Below are positions 9,972 through 20,434 of a stretch of DNA of 64,000 nucleotides, in pieces. The number at the start of each line of letters is the position of its first letter. The stretch's first letter is position 1. The stretch comes from an uncultured Verrucomicrobiae bacterium. Its GTDB lineage: Bacteria > Verrucomicrobiota > Verrucomicrobiia > Limisphaerales > Palsa-1400. The position numbers and the translations under genes are program-made. Below the pieces are notes generated by a model. It saw only the letters and a program-made list of their open reading frames with translations, searched no databases and was not told the DNA's origin. The DNA lies in contig CAVXRD010000002.1 in the NCBI GenBank assembly GCA_963764165.1, positions 1,312,001-1,376,000 of the forward strand, given 5' to 3'.

Positions 9972-10850
9972 TTAGGAAGCCGCCAAACGCTTCGCCCCGG
10001 CTTCCATCTCGTCTAGCAGGGCGCGCATCGGCGGGTTGGGCTTGCCGCGCCACGCGGCCGCCACGAGCACCGGTTCAAAGCCCGGCAAATCAAGGGCGCG
10101 CACTTTCGGCGACATCTTTGCCTTCGGAATCGCCACGCTCAACCCGATGCCGAAACCGCCGCCGACGTAAGCTTCAATGCCGTCGGTTGAATTAATTTCC
10201 AGGCGCGGGAACCAATCCACGCCGAGCCGCCCGAGACCTTGCTGGAAATTTTTGCAAATCACCTCGGTGGCCGGCAGGCAAATGAGCGGTTCATCAATTT
10301 TGTCGCGCTTCCACAATTCATCGACGTGGCGCAGCGGGCTTTCCTTTGGCACCACAAGCACGAGGGGCAGCCGAATGAGTTCGACGGAACTGAATGCGCC
10401 TGCCGGTTTTTTGTCCGTCACCAGAATCGCCAGGTCAATTTCCTGTTTTTCCAGCATGGATTCCAATTCCGGCGGATAATTTGAGCGCAGCGTGAAAGTG
10501 AGTTTTGGAAATTTCCTTTTCGCGCCCTGCAGCACATCCGGCAAATGATCGCGCAAAATGACGTCCGACGAACCGATGCGCAACTGGTGGGAAGCGCCGC
10601 CTTGCAACTCGCGCGCCATGCCATCCAAGCCGCCAAAAAAAGGCTCAATGAAACGGTAGAGTTTTTCACCGGAAGGCGTCAGCAGAAATGGCCGCCGCTG
10701 AAACAGCGCCACGCCCAAATCTTCTTCCAATTGCGCGACCTGGCCGCTGACGGCAGGCTGCTGGATGCCGTAGGGAATGTTGCGGACAGCCTCGCTGATG
10801 CCGCCGTGCCGCGCGACGTAATAGAACAACTCCAGGTGGTGGACGTTCAT
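9972..10850 (-). CDS. LysR family transcriptional regulator
   Basis: MNVHHLELFYYVA...QPAVSGQVAQLEEDLGVALF HTH plus substrate-binding domain; start set at ATG 10850. Confidence 0.9.
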   Translation of the reverse strand: MNVHHLELFYYVARHGGISEAVRNIPYGIQQPAVSGQVAQLEEDLGVALFQRRPFLLTPSGEKLYRFIEPFFGGLDGMARELQGGASHQLRIGSSDVILRDHLPDVLQGAKRKFPKLTFTLRSNYPPELESMLEKQEIDLAILVTDKKPAGAFSSVELIRLPLVLVVPKESPLRHVDELWKRDKIDEPLICLPATEVICKNFQQGLGRLGVDWFPRLEINSTDGIEAYVGGGFGIGLSVAIPKAKMSPKVRALDLPGFEPVLVAAAWRGKPNPPMRALLDEMEAGAKRLAAS

Positions 10851-10979
10851 AATCTTGAAAGTGCCGCCCCCATAGTAGCGGCGAGCATTTCCGGCGCAAG
10901 CGAAGACCGTTTTTGTGTTCTTCCGCCGCGAATTCCACTTGTAAACACCCACCGTTTCAGGCGATATGTTCATCGCCCT

Positions 10980-11447
10980 ATGAATCTTGGCGACATTTTG
11001 ACTTTAGAAACGATCCTTCCCGAGCTGACATCCGCCAATCGCTGGGAGGCGATCGACGAACTCGTGCTGTGCCTGGTCAATACTGCGAAGATCAAGCCCG
11101 AGAATCGTGACGCGATTGTGGGGGTCGTCAAGAAGCGCGAATCTTCGATGAGCACCGGCATCGGCTTCGGCATCGGCATCCCGCATGCCTCGACCGACCT
11201 GATCACCGAGGTCGTCGGCGTGCTGGGGCGCTCGAAAAAGGGGATTGAGTTTGACGCGCTCGACAATCAGCCAGTGAATTTGGTCATGCTCTTCCTCGTT
11301 CCCCAAGGCCAGTTTCAAAAACATCTCCACACTCTGGCCAGCATTGCAAAGCTTCTTCACGTCAAAGAATTCCGCCAGGAATTGGAACAGGCGCCCGACC
11401 GGGCCGCCATGTTCGAAATCATCAAAAAGTACTCCGCGCCCAAATAA
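10980..11447 (+). CDS. PTS EIIA (Ntr/fructose-type) phosphocarrier
   Basis: RESSMSTGIGFGIGIPHA with the phospho-His; FDALDNQPVNL. Confidence 0.9.
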   Translation: MNLGDILTLETILPELTSANRWEAIDELVLCLVNTAKIKPENRDAIVGVVKKRESSMSTGIGFGIGIPHASTDLITEVVGVLGRSKKGIEFDALDNQPVNLVMLFLVPQGQFQKHLHTLASIAKLLHVKEFRQELEQAPDRAAMFEIIKKYSAPK

Positions 11448-11471
11448 CGGGCGGCGCGAGCCGTTTGAACC

Positions 11472-13211
11472 GTGCTTCATAAAATTCTCGAACAAAAACT
11501 GCAACAAGCGGTTGCGGTCGTTTTGCCCGAGGCGGCGAATGCCTCGATTCTCGTCCGCCCCTGCCCTGATCCGAAATTTGGCGATTACCAAACCAATGCC
11601 TTAATGGGCATCGCGAAGTCCCGCAAAATGAATCCGCGCCAGCTCGCAATGGATGTCGCGGCGAATCTCGATATCTCACAGTGGTGTGATAAAGTGGAGG
11701 TGGCGGGCGCGGGATTTCTGAATTTTCACCTGAAGCCATCCGCCATGGCCGCGGTTCTGGCAGAGGCCGCGGCTGGAAAACATTTGTTCTTTGAGAAATG
11801 CGCGGAGCCTCGATGCGTCATCATTGATTTCAGTTCTCCAAACGTCGCCAAGCCCATGCACGTCGGGCACATTCGCTCAACGATTTTGGGGGATTCGCTC
11901 GCGCGCATTCTGCGCCTGATGGGCCATCATGTGGTGACGGACAATCATATTGGTGATTGGGGTACGCAGTTCGGAAAATTGCTGGTCGGCTGGAAATCCG
12001 ATCTCAACAAAGATGCGTTGAATGCGGATCCGATCGCGGAGATGGAGCGGCTCTACAAATTGATCAACGCGCGATGCGAAGCGGATCCGGCCGTTCTGGA
12101 AAAAGCGCGCGAGGAAACGGTCAAACTGCAATCCGGCGACCTTGAAAATCTGGAAATTTGGAAGGAAATGATGCGCCTTTCCCAAGTCCAGTTTGATCGA
12201 GTTTACGCAAGGCTCGGTGTGACGTTCGATTACACATTGGGCGAGAGTTATTACAACCCGATGCTCCAGCAAGTCGTCGATGATTTGATGAAGCTCGGCG
12301 TCGCGCAGGAAAGCAAAGGGGCCAAGGTTGTCTTTTTTCCGAAACTGACGGAATCGAAAGATGAACGGGAGAATTTGTCCATCATTCAAAAGAGCGATGG
12401 CGGATTCAATTACACCACGACCGATCTTGCGACGCTGCTGTTTCGCTGGAACGGCGGGACCTGGAGCGTGCGCCCCAATGAAATTATTTATGTCACGGGC
12501 GCGCCGCAACAGCAGCACTTCACCCAGTTGTTCGCGATTTTCCGAAGGTGGCATCCGGAGGCCAACGTCAAATTGTCACACGCGTGGTTCGGCTCCGTGC
12601 TGGGTGAAGATGGCAAGCCCTTCAGGACGCGTGACGGCGACACAGTGCGATTGGAGGCGCTGCTGGATGAGGCCGAGGAGCGCGCATTAAAAGTGGTCGC
12701 GGAAAAGAACCCCGACCTTGATCCTTCGAGCCAGAAAGAAATCGCGCGCGTCGTTGGGCTTGGCGCGATCAAATACGCCGATCTGGCCCAAAACCGGCAG
12801 ACGGATTATGTATTCAGCTGGGACAAAATGCTGGCCTTGCAGGGCAACACCGCGCCGTATCTGCTTTACGCCTACACGCGACTGCGCAGCATTTTCCGCA
12901 AGAGCGGCGAGGAAGCGTCCGTCAAATCAGTCGAATTCGTCCTGGCTGCGCCGGAGGAATTGGCCCTGGCCCGCCACCTCCTGAATTTCGGCATGACGCT
13001 GGACGCGGTGGCGGATGATTATCGCCCGAATTTCCTTTGCGCTTATCTTTTTGAACTAGCCGGGCATCTCGCCCGGTTCTACGAAAACTGCCCGGTGCTA
13101 AAAGCCGAAGGGGCCATTCGCTCTTCGCGTCTGGCCCTCTGCGAGCTTGCAGGAAAAGTCCTCAAGCAGGGATTGGAAGTGCTCGGCATCGAAACGACCG
13201 AGCACATGTAA
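11472..13211 (+). CDS. argS: Arginine--tRNA ligase
   Basis: DFSSPNVAKPMHVGHIRS (HIGH), GDWGTQFG, GNTAPYLLYAY, C-terminal M. Confidence 0.97.
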   Translation: MLHKILEQKLQQAVAVVLPEAANASILVRPCPDPKFGDYQTNALMGIAKSRKMNPRQLAMDVAANLDISQWCDKVEVAGAGFLNFHLKPSAMAAVLAEAAAGKHLFFEKCAEPRCVIIDFSSPNVAKPMHVGHIRSTILGDSLARILRLMGHHVVTDNHIGDWGTQFGKLLVGWKSDLNKDALNADPIAEMERLYKLINARCEADPAVLEKAREETVKLQSGDLENLEIWKEMMRLSQVQFDRVYARLGVTFDYTLGESYYNPMLQQVVDDLMKLGVAQESKGAKVVFFPKLTESKDERENLSIIQKSDGGFNYTTTDLATLLFRWNGGTWSVRPNEIIYVTGAPQQQHFTQLFAIFRRWHPEANVKLSHAWFGSVLGEDGKPFRTRDGDTVRLEALLDEAEERALKVVAEKNPDLDPSSQKEIARVVGLGAIKYADLAQNRQTDYVFSWDKMLALQGNTAPYLLYAYTRLRSIFRKSGEEASVKSVEFVLAAPEELALARHLLNFGMTLDAVADDYRPNFLCAYLFELAGHLARFYENCPVLKAEGAIRSSRLALCELAGKVLKQGLEVLGIETTEHM

Positions 13212-13219
13212 ATTAGCTC

Positions 13220-13750
13220 TTACTGCATCGCGCACTTGCCGGTCAGGCCGGCTTTTTGCAGGGCGGTGAACACGTCGCTGTCTTTGAAGTCGCCGGTGAT
13301 TTCAAATGTCTCCGCGCCTTTGGTGGCGGTGTCGGCTGTCACGCCGGGAACGCCATCGACGGCTTTTTTCACGGCCGTCACGCACTTCGGGCAGCAAAGA
13401 TGCACGCCGGAAACCTTGAGCGATTTAACCTTTTCACCCTTCGCGCCGGTTTCGGAGACTACCTTGATGGTGTCGAGGCTGGATTTGCCATAAAAGCCGC
13501 CCTTGACCAGCGAATCCACCGCTTTTTGAACGGTCGCATTGTTCGGGCCGACAACGATCACAGTGCCGTCAGCCTTGCTCGCTGTGCAGCTAACGCCATC
13601 GACGGCGGAAGCCGCCTTGTTGGCGCCCTTGACGCAGCTATCGCAGCACATGTGGACTTTGGAGAGAGTGACAGTGACATCGTCGGCATGGGCCAGAGGA
13701 GTTAAGGCCAACGCGGCCACGAGGGACAGAAGCAGAGTTTTCATACGCAT
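13220..13750 (-). CDS. Secreted tandem heavy-metal-associated (HMA-like) domain protein
   Basis: Signal peptide ending AHA; two repeats with HMCCDSC and HLCCPKC. Confidence 0.7.
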   Translation of the reverse strand: MRMKTLLLSLVAALALTPLAHADDVTVTLSKVHMCCDSCVKGANKAASAVDGVSCTASKADGTVIVVGPNNATVQKAVDSLVKGGFYGKSSLDTIKVVSETGAKGEKVKSLKVSGVHLCCPKCVTAVKKAVDGVPGVTADTATKGAETFEITGDFKDSDVFTALQKAGLTGKCAMQ

Positions 13751-13875
13751 AAGACAAAAGGCTTTCGACAACAAATAATAACGGTAATTAATTCTCAAAA
13801 CGCTGGGGCACAGTCTAAACATGACTTGTCGTCCCGTCAAGGCGCATAAGTCGCCCAGGCAGGAATTGCCACTTA

Positions 13876-14079
13876 TCACATCGCGAGCGGGCGGATGCGC
13901 CGCATGGCGGCTTCGTCCTCGGCCATCCAATCGCCGATGCCTCCGCTCGCAATGGAGGGGTTTTGCGGGAGAGGTTCACCTTGCGAATGGAGACGCGAAG
14001 CGAGATACAGCATCAATTGCTGTTGCTCGGTCACGGATAATGTATCCGCGGCAATCTCGATTTCCGCCAAGGTGGTCAT
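13876..14079 (-). CDS. Small hypothetical protein (67 aa), antitoxin-like
   Basis: MTTLAEIEIAADTLSVTEQQQL... resembles addiction-module-type small proteins. Confidence 0.5.
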   Translation of the reverse strand: MTTLAEIEIAADTLSVTEQQQLMLYLASRLHSQGEPLPQNPSIASGGIGDWMAEDEAAMRRIRPLAM

Positions 14080-14168
14080 TGGAAAAATGGTAACATGATT
14101 CTGACGCCCTGCAACGAAAAGATATTCACAATTGTAAATGGGTGAAATACCCCATACCAATGACTTTT

Positions 14169-14243
14169 GGGAGGGCGAAGCTCCGTCGAGCCCATTATGG
14201 ATTTCGGGAAAGGGTTTAGTCACGGCTCGACGGAGTCTCACCC
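14169..14243. repeat. REP-like inverted repeat pair
   Basis: GGGAGGGCGAAGCTCCGTCGAGCC ... GGCTCGACGGAGTCTCACCCC. Confidence 0.55.
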
Positions 14244-14271
14244 CGGCGGCCAACGCTTTTGTAGGACGTGT

Positions 14272-16554
14272 CTATTGCGCGAGCGCACCTTTCACTTTGC
14301 AAACGCCGCCTGCGGGAATTTCCACGCTCTTTGTCGCGGCGCCATAACGAAGTTTGCAAGGCCCGCCGTTCTTGCCATGGATGACGGCTTCGGTGAGCTT
14401 GCCATTCGCCCATGTCAGATCCACTTCGAACCCGCCGCGGGCGCGGAGGCCCTTGACTGATCCGGTGGGCCAGCATTTTGGCAACGCCGGTAGAAACTCG
14501 ACCTCCCCGGCCTGGCTTTGCGCGAGCATTTCGCAAATACCTGCGGTGACGCCAAAATTGCCGTCGATTTGCATGGGCGGATGCAGGCCATATAAATTCG
14601 CGCAGCAATTTCGCGAGGAAAGAAATTGCTGCAGCATTTGGTGCGCGTGTTCGCCATCGTGCAAGCGAGCGAACAACGCGATGCGCCACGCGAAGGACCA
14701 TTCGCGCACATCACTGGCGGGATCGATGCCCCGCGCGTCGAGCGACACCTTCGCCGCTTTCGCCAATTCGGGTGTTTGGCTGACGCTGATTTGCAATCCG
14801 GGATAGACCGCGAAGAGCTGCGATGTGTGGCGATGGTGATCGTTGGGAGTGTCGAGTTCCGGGCTGCCGGGGACGGCGTTGGTTCCTTTCTTTTCCGCCA
14901 TCCATTCCATCAGTTGTCCCCAGCTTCCGATTCCGGGCGTGACAAGCTTGTCCCGCATCGCGGCGATTTTATCGCGGTATTCCTTATCCACGCCAAGGAC
15001 GTCGCAGGCTTGGACGTAATTATTGAACAAATCCCAGACGATCTCCTGATTATAACTGACGCCGTCGTCGTCCGGCCCGTGCTCGGGCGACCAGCCGTGC
15101 GGCACCACCCAGCGGCCATCGGGCAGCTTTTTCAAATGATCCTCCCAGAATTGGCACGTTTCTTTCATCACAGGATACGCGGTGTTGCGCAGAAAATTCG
15201 TGTCGAGGCCGAACGCGAAATGCTCCCAAAAATGCTGGCAATACCAGGCGTTCGCCGTCTTGTCCCACTTCCAGCCGAGCCCGCCGAAAATGTTGTGGGA
15301 CGTGCGAATGGCAAATCCGCGCCGCGTCAATTGGCCATCGGGGGTGGCCATTTCCCTGTCGGCGTCCGTTCCGGTGCGCCAGCCCGGAAGCTGGCTGATC
15401 GTCAAATCAAAGAACGGCTGGGCGCATTCGGCCAGATTGGCGGGTTCGGCGGGCCAGTAATTCATTTGAATGTTGATGTTCGCGTGGTAATCGCTGCTCC
15501 AAGCCGGGTCATTTCGGTCGTTCCAGAGACCCTGCAAATTGGCGGGCAATCCACCGGGGCGGGAACAGGAAATCAACAGGTAACGGCCATATTGAAATAG
15601 CAAGGCTTCCATCTCAGGATCGACTTCGTGGAAGGCCGCTTCATGGCGCTTGTCGGTCGGAAGCGCGCGCTGGGCAGGAGTCGATTCACCGAGGTTCAAC
15701 GACACTCGATTGAAGAAGGATTGGTAGTCCGCAACGTGCTGAGCCAAGAGGGAATCGTAACTCTCGACTGCGGCAGAATTCAGTTCCGCGTTCAACCGCT
15801 CTTCCGGGCCGTTGTCGCGGTAATGGCTGCCGGGATTCATGGCGTAATCCGTTCCCGCGGCGACGAAAAACGTCAGACTGTCGCAATCTTTGAATCGGAG
15901 CGAACCGTTCGCCACGGTCACGCTGCCGCCGGAATTGAGGACAACCAAGTGATATTGATAGCGCAGGCCGTTGTCCAATTTGCCGCGCACGGAAATCCGG
16001 TTTCCATTCGCGCTGGCGGCGGCCTTGTGGGCGTCTTCGAGGGAAAACGCGCCGGTGAGCGAGCCCTTCTTGTCTGCCGTAAACCGCGCCACCAAAAGCC
16101 CCGCCGGGTGACTGCAAAAATACTCGCGTTCAAAATGAACGCCGCCAGCTTCGTAATGGACGTGCGCGACGGCGCGGCTTAAATCAAGATCGCGCCGGTA
16201 ATGTCCAACGCTCGTTTGCCCGTCAAGTTTGACGAACGCGTTTCCGAGCGCTTGGTAGGCACCCATCGTTTCATAGCGTCCGTCGGGATTGTCGTTGCCC
16301 GTCCAGAGGGAATCTTCGTTGAGGCAAAGCCGCTCGACAGCGGGATCGCCGAACACCAGCGCGCCCATGCGCCCATTGCCGATGGGCAGCGCTTCGGTCA
16401 TGGCGTCTTTGGCCGGTTGGTTATACCAAAGCGTCAATGATGCGTCGTCGGCGAAGGCTTGAAAGACCAGCGCCGTTAATGCGATGAACGCAGAATAAAT
16501 TCTGAGCTTGTCCCCGTTAGGCCGCAGTCGAAGTTCTGCCCGCGCGGTATCCAT
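14272..16554 (-). CDS. Glycoside hydrolase family 95 (alpha-1,2-L-fucosidase-like); start uncertain
   Basis: [60 protein letters not shown]. Confidence 0.93.
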   Translation of the reverse strand: MDTARAELRLRPNGDKLRIYSAFIALTALVFQAFADDASLTLWYNQPAKDAMTEALPIGNGRMGALVFGDPAVERLCLNEDSLWTGNDNPDGRYETMGAYQALGNAFVKLDGQTSVGHYRRDLDLSRAVAHVHYEAGGVHFEREYFCSHPAGLLVARFTADKKGSLTGAFSLEDAHKAAASANGNRISVRGKLDNGLRYQYHLVVLNSGGSVTVANGSLRFKDCDSLTFFVAAGTDYAMNPGSHYRDNGPEERLNAELNSAAVESYDSLLAQHVADYQSFFNRVSLNLGESTPAQRALPTDKRHEAAFHEVDPEMEALLFQYGRYLLISCSRPGGLPANLQGLWNDRNDPAWSSDYHANINIQMNYWPAEPANLAECAQPFFDLTISQLPGWRTGTDADREMATPDGQLTRRGFAIRTSHNIFGGLGWKWDKTANAWYCQHFWEHFAFGLDTNFLRNTAYPVMKETCQFWEDHLKKLPDGRWVVPHGWSPEHGPDDDGVSYNQEIVWDLFNNYVQACDVLGVDKEYRDKIAAMRDKLVTPGIGSWGQLMEWMAEKKGTNAVPGSPELDTPNDHHRHTSQLFAVYPGLQISVSQTPELAKAAKVSLDARGIDPASDVREWSFAWRIALFARLHDGEHAHQMLQQFLSSRNCCANLYGLHPPMQIDGNFGVTAGICEMLAQSQAGEVEFLPALPKCWPTGSVKGLRARGGFEVDLTWANGKLTEAVIHGKNGGPCKLRYGAATKSVEIPAGGVCKVKGALAQ

Positions 16555-17932
16555 AGATCCCATAAAATGCAATGTATGCAAACGCAACCATCGGCACGAG
16601 GAAAGAGACGCGAAGGCCAGCGTGATCGGCGATATAACCTTGCAATGGAGGCAAGATGGCTCCGCCAAGAATGGCCATCACCAGCAGCGACGAGGCCTGG
16701 CTTTTCTGCGCCCCGAGGCCTTCAATCGCGAGCGAGAAAATATTCGACCACATTACAGAGCAGAAGAGGCCCATCCCGAGGATGCTCCATTTTGCAACAA
16801 CGTCGGTGGTGCAGATGCTCGTGATGAGCAACCCGATAATGATAGCGCTGAAGAGCGCGAGCATGCGGTGCGCGCTGGCCTCGCCGAGGAAAAACGCGAT
16901 CAGCAGCAACACCAAAGCCGGTGCGTAGTGGCACGCGTTGTCCCAGTTTGACGTCAGACCGATGGTGACGAATGCAATGACGGGAACCATCACGACGAGG
17001 GCGTGCTTGGTGGATTTCTTCATGTCGCTCAAGGCGAAAGCGCCCATGAATCGCCCGATCATCAGCCCACCCCAATAAAACGCCAGGTATTTGCTTGCCG
17101 CCTCGTGGTCGAGGTGGCCGAGTTCAGGCAGGCCAAGGTAATTGATGATCGCGCTGCCCACTGTCACTTCCCCGCCTACATACATGAAAATCGCCAGCAT
17201 TCCCAACGCAGTATGCGGGTGGGCCAGCGCTCCAAGCCCCGATTCGATTTTATCCGGATTGGTGAAGCTCGGCAGGTGCGCAAATTTGAAGAAGACGGCC
17301 AGCAGCACAAATACTCCGGCAAAGGCCAGATACGGCATTTTAACCGAATCCGCGCCATGGGCTTCCTTCGTGTTCAGGACTTTGAAAATCAGAATGCCGC
17401 CGATGATCGGGCCAATCGTCGTCCCGAACGAATTGAACGCTTGCGAGAGATTCAGCCGGCTCGGCGCGGTTGATTCCGGCCCGAGAATGGTCACGTAAGG
17501 ATTAGCCGCAATTTGCAGCATGGCGAACCCAAGACCAACAACGAAAAGCGCGAGCAGGAAAAAGGTGTAGGACTTCGCCACCGCAGCGGGATAAAACATG
17601 ACGCTTCCCAGCGCCGCAATCAGCAGGCCGACGATCACGCCATTCTTATATCCGATGCGGTTGATGGGATCGCCCGATGTCACGGAGATGCCGTAGTAAA
17701 TCAGCGATCCAATCCCGTAAGCGCCGAAAAACGCGAATTGCACGAGCATCGCGTGAAAGTAATCCAGGTTGAACGCCTCCTTGAATCGGGGAATGAGGAT
17801 GTCGTTCCACACCGTCATAAACCCCCACATGAAAAACAGGACAGTCATGATTGCGAAGGGGCCCCGGTAGGTTTGGTTGCTTCCGGGTTGGGAAGGAGCG
17901 GTCGCGCCGCGCGCGGTGTTCATTGTTGCCAT
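16517..17932 (-). CDS. MFS sugar:H+ symporter, FucP/GluP family
   Basis: [45 protein letters not shown]. Confidence 0.9.
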   Translation of the reverse strand: MATMNTARGATAPSQPGSNQTYRGPFAIMTVLFFMWGFMTVWNDILIPRFKEAFNLDYFHAMLVQFAFFGAYGIGSLIYYGISVTSGDPINRIGYKNGVIVGLLIAALGSVMFYPAAVAKSYTFFLLALFVVGLGFAMLQIAANPYVTILGPESTAPSRLNLSQAFNSFGTTIGPIIGGILIFKVLNTKEAHGADSVKMPYLAFAGVFVLLAVFFKFAHLPSFTNPDKIESGLGALAHPHTALGMLAIFMYVGGEVTVGSAIINYLGLPELGHLDHEAASKYLAFYWGGLMIGRFMGAFALSDMKKSTKHALVVMVPVIAFVTIGLTSNWDNACHYAPALVLLLIAFFLGEASAHRMLALFSAIIIGLLITSICTTDVVAKWSILGMGLFCSVMWSNIFSLAIEGLGAQKSQASSLLVMAILGGAILPPLQGYIADHAGLRVSFLVPMVAFAYIAFYGIYGYRAGRTSTAA

Positions 17933-17998
17933 GACCGCATTTTGTGGATTCAAATCGCTATTGTAAATGAATTTTGCCGGGCTAACATCGGTTCTCAA

Positions 17999-19423
17999 AT
18001 GAACAGAAGAGAATTTATCCGCAATTCATCCCTTGTTGCTTCCACCGTCATGCTCGGCTCCTTTTCCAGCTCCGCCAAGGCCGCCGATTCCGATTTTCCC
18101 GTCATCCGAATCCCCGAATCGAAACGCCGATTCAAGAGCGCCTCCGTCGAGGCCGCCATCGAGAAGATCAAATCTTCCATCGGCAACAAGGAATTGGCGT
18201 GGATGTTCGAGAATTGCTTCCCAAACACCCTCGACACGACCGTCGATTACGAATTGATCGATGGCCGGCCCGACACTTACGTGATCACAGGCGACATCGA
18301 CGCGATGTGGCTGCGCGACAGCTCCGCGCAAGTCTGGCCCTACCTGTCGTTGACGAAGGAAGACGAACCGTTGCGGAATTTGATCGCGGGCGTGATCAAT
18401 CGCCAGACCAAATGCGTCATCAAAGATCCCTACGCCAACGCCTTCTACAAAGACGAACACAAAACCGGCGATTGGAAAAACGACGCGACCGACATGAAGC
18501 CGGGCGTTCACGAGCGCAAATGGGAAGTTGACTCGCTTTGCTACACGATCCGCCTCGCCTACGGCTATTGGAAAACCACCGGCGACACCTCGCCCTTCGA
18601 CGATAAATGGCAGGAAGCCGTCATGCTCATTCCCAAGACCTTCCGCGAGCAGCAGCGCAAACACGGCCACGGCCCATATCATTTCCAGCGCAACACTTCC
18701 ACGCCCACCGACAGCTTGCCGGGGCGCGGCTACGGCAACCCCGTCAATCCGGTCGGCCTGATTTGCTCGATGTTCCGCCCCAGCGATGACGCCACAATTT
18801 TCCCATTCCTCATTCCGTCCAATTTCTTCGCCGTCACCAGTTTGAATCAGGCGGCGGAAATGCTGGAAAAAATCCGCCATCAACCCGCCGCCGCCGCCGA
18901 TTGCCGCGCGCTGGCCAAAGAAGTGAAAGAGGCGCTTGAAAAATACGCCGTGGCCAACCCGCTCGGCTACGGGCGGATTTATCCCTACGAAGTCGACGCC
19001 TTCGGCAATTCCTATTGCATCGACGACGGCAATCTTCCGAGCCTTCTTTCCCTGCCGTATCTCGGCGCGGTGCCGTCCGATGACCCGATGTATCTCAAAA
19101 CGCGCGAATACGTTCTGTCCCCGGCGAACCCGTATTGGTGCGTCGGCAAAGCGGCGTCCGGCCCCGGTGGCCCGCACGTTGGGATGGATATGATTTGGCC
19201 GCTCGGCATCATCACTCGCGGTTTGACCGCGACCACCGACGAAGAAATCCGGGGCTGCCTGCACACGCTGCAAAAGACCCATGCCGGAACGGGCTTCATG
19301 CATGAAGCCTTCAATAAGGACGACCCAAAAAAATTCACCCGTTCCTGGTTCGCCTGGGCCAACACCATTTTCGGCGAGCTGGTCCTGAAGACCTTCCACG
19401 AGCGCCCGCAGCTTCTGAGTTGA
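17999..19423 (+). CDS. Glycoside hydrolase family 125 (exo-alpha-1,6-mannosidase-like), Tat-exported
   Basis: Tat motif NRREFI; NCFPNTLDTT, TGDIDAMWLRDS, ERKWEVDSL, FRPSDD, FTRSWFAWAN. Confidence 0.93.
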   Translation: MNRREFIRNSSLVASTVMLGSFSSSAKAADSDFPVIRIPESKRRFKSASVEAAIEKIKSSIGNKELAWMFENCFPNTLDTTVDYELIDGRPDTYVITGDIDAMWLRDSSAQVWPYLSLTKEDEPLRNLIAGVINRQTKCVIKDPYANAFYKDEHKTGDWKNDATDMKPGVHERKWEVDSLCYTIRLAYGYWKTTGDTSPFDDKWQEAVMLIPKTFREQQRKHGHGPYHFQRNTSTPTDSLPGRGYGNPVNPVGLICSMFRPSDDATIFPFLIPSNFFAVTSLNQAAEMLEKIRHQPAAAADCRALAKEVKEALEKYAVANPLGYGRIYPYEVDAFGNSYCIDDGNLPSLLSLPYLGAVPSDDPMYLKTREYVLSPANPYWCVGKAASGPGGPHVGMDMIWPLGIITRGLTATTDEEIRGCLHTLQKTHAGTGFMHEAFNKDDPKKFTRSWFAWANTIFGELVLKTFHERPQLLS

Positions 19424-19634
19424 CAGAATTATTTCTGGGCGGCGAGCGCCGCCCTGCCCCTATTTGGCAGGGCGGAACTGCGCGTCCGCCCAAATTTTCC
19501 AACCCATTCTTTGTCGCGAAAAACCAAGGGTGCAATAGGGTGAAATAGGATGCAATGCCCTGGCCCTGGATCGGGTAGGAATGAAGGGATGGAGAGGCGC
19601 AAGTGAGAGTGCCCCGATTGGCTTTGAACATACA

Positions 19635-19813
19635 AGCGCGGCTGTGTCGAAGACCAGCCGCAGCAGCTCTCAAACAACCGACAGCGATTCTTGTTGCGAC
19701 CACCTCCGAAAAACAGATCAAAACTTCGGAACTGCAACTGGCGAGCCTGGAGATCTTTCCAACGCGCCACTCGTTTCGACGCGGCTGCGGCTGGTCTTCG
19801 ACACAGCCGCGCT
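19635..19813. repeat. Perfect 30-bp inverted repeat (REP/BIME-like); same family recurs at 54148-54206
   Basis: AGCGCGGCTGTGTCGAAGACCAGCCGCAGC (19635-19664) and its exact reverse complement (19784-19813). Confidence 0.85.
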
Positions 19814-20434
19814 CCGCCGATCGGCCTGCGCCCACCACACGCTTTCGACCATAAGCCCAGACCCGAGTTTCGTTGCCTTGCCTTCTGAATTTCAAAGAAC
19901 ACGCCCTGACGGGCACAGGAAGAAAATAAGCTGAAAAATCTTTTTGTCAATTATGCTTGCAGTTACACTGTTTCGTGGTATTTAGTGAGCATATGACAAC
20001 CGAATCTTCGATTGTTCAGCCGGGGCCGGAGGCGAAAACTTCGCCGGGGGCGGCGGGGCACGAGTGCTGCGGGCCGACAGGCCGCGCCCGCACCAGCAAG
20101 ATCGCGCGCCTGCCCGCCGATATCCGGGCTGAACTGAACGAGCGGCTTCTGGAGGCGGAGCCGCCTGCCGCCATTCTGGAATGGCTCAACGGCTTGCCGG
20201 AAGTGCAGCGCGTGCTAGCGCAATCTTTTGACTCCCAGCCCATCACGGAAGTCAACCTCTCGCGCTGGCGCCAGGGAGGCTACGCCGGGTGGCTGGAGCA
20301 GCGAAACACGCAGGAGGCGGTGGAAGCCGTGGCAACGGCCGCCGCCGGGGTGGAAGGTCCGGCGGCGGAAAACCTCAACCGGCATCTGGCGGTCGTGCTG
20401 AGCGCGCGGCTGTTCGTGGAGATGCAGCGCTGCG

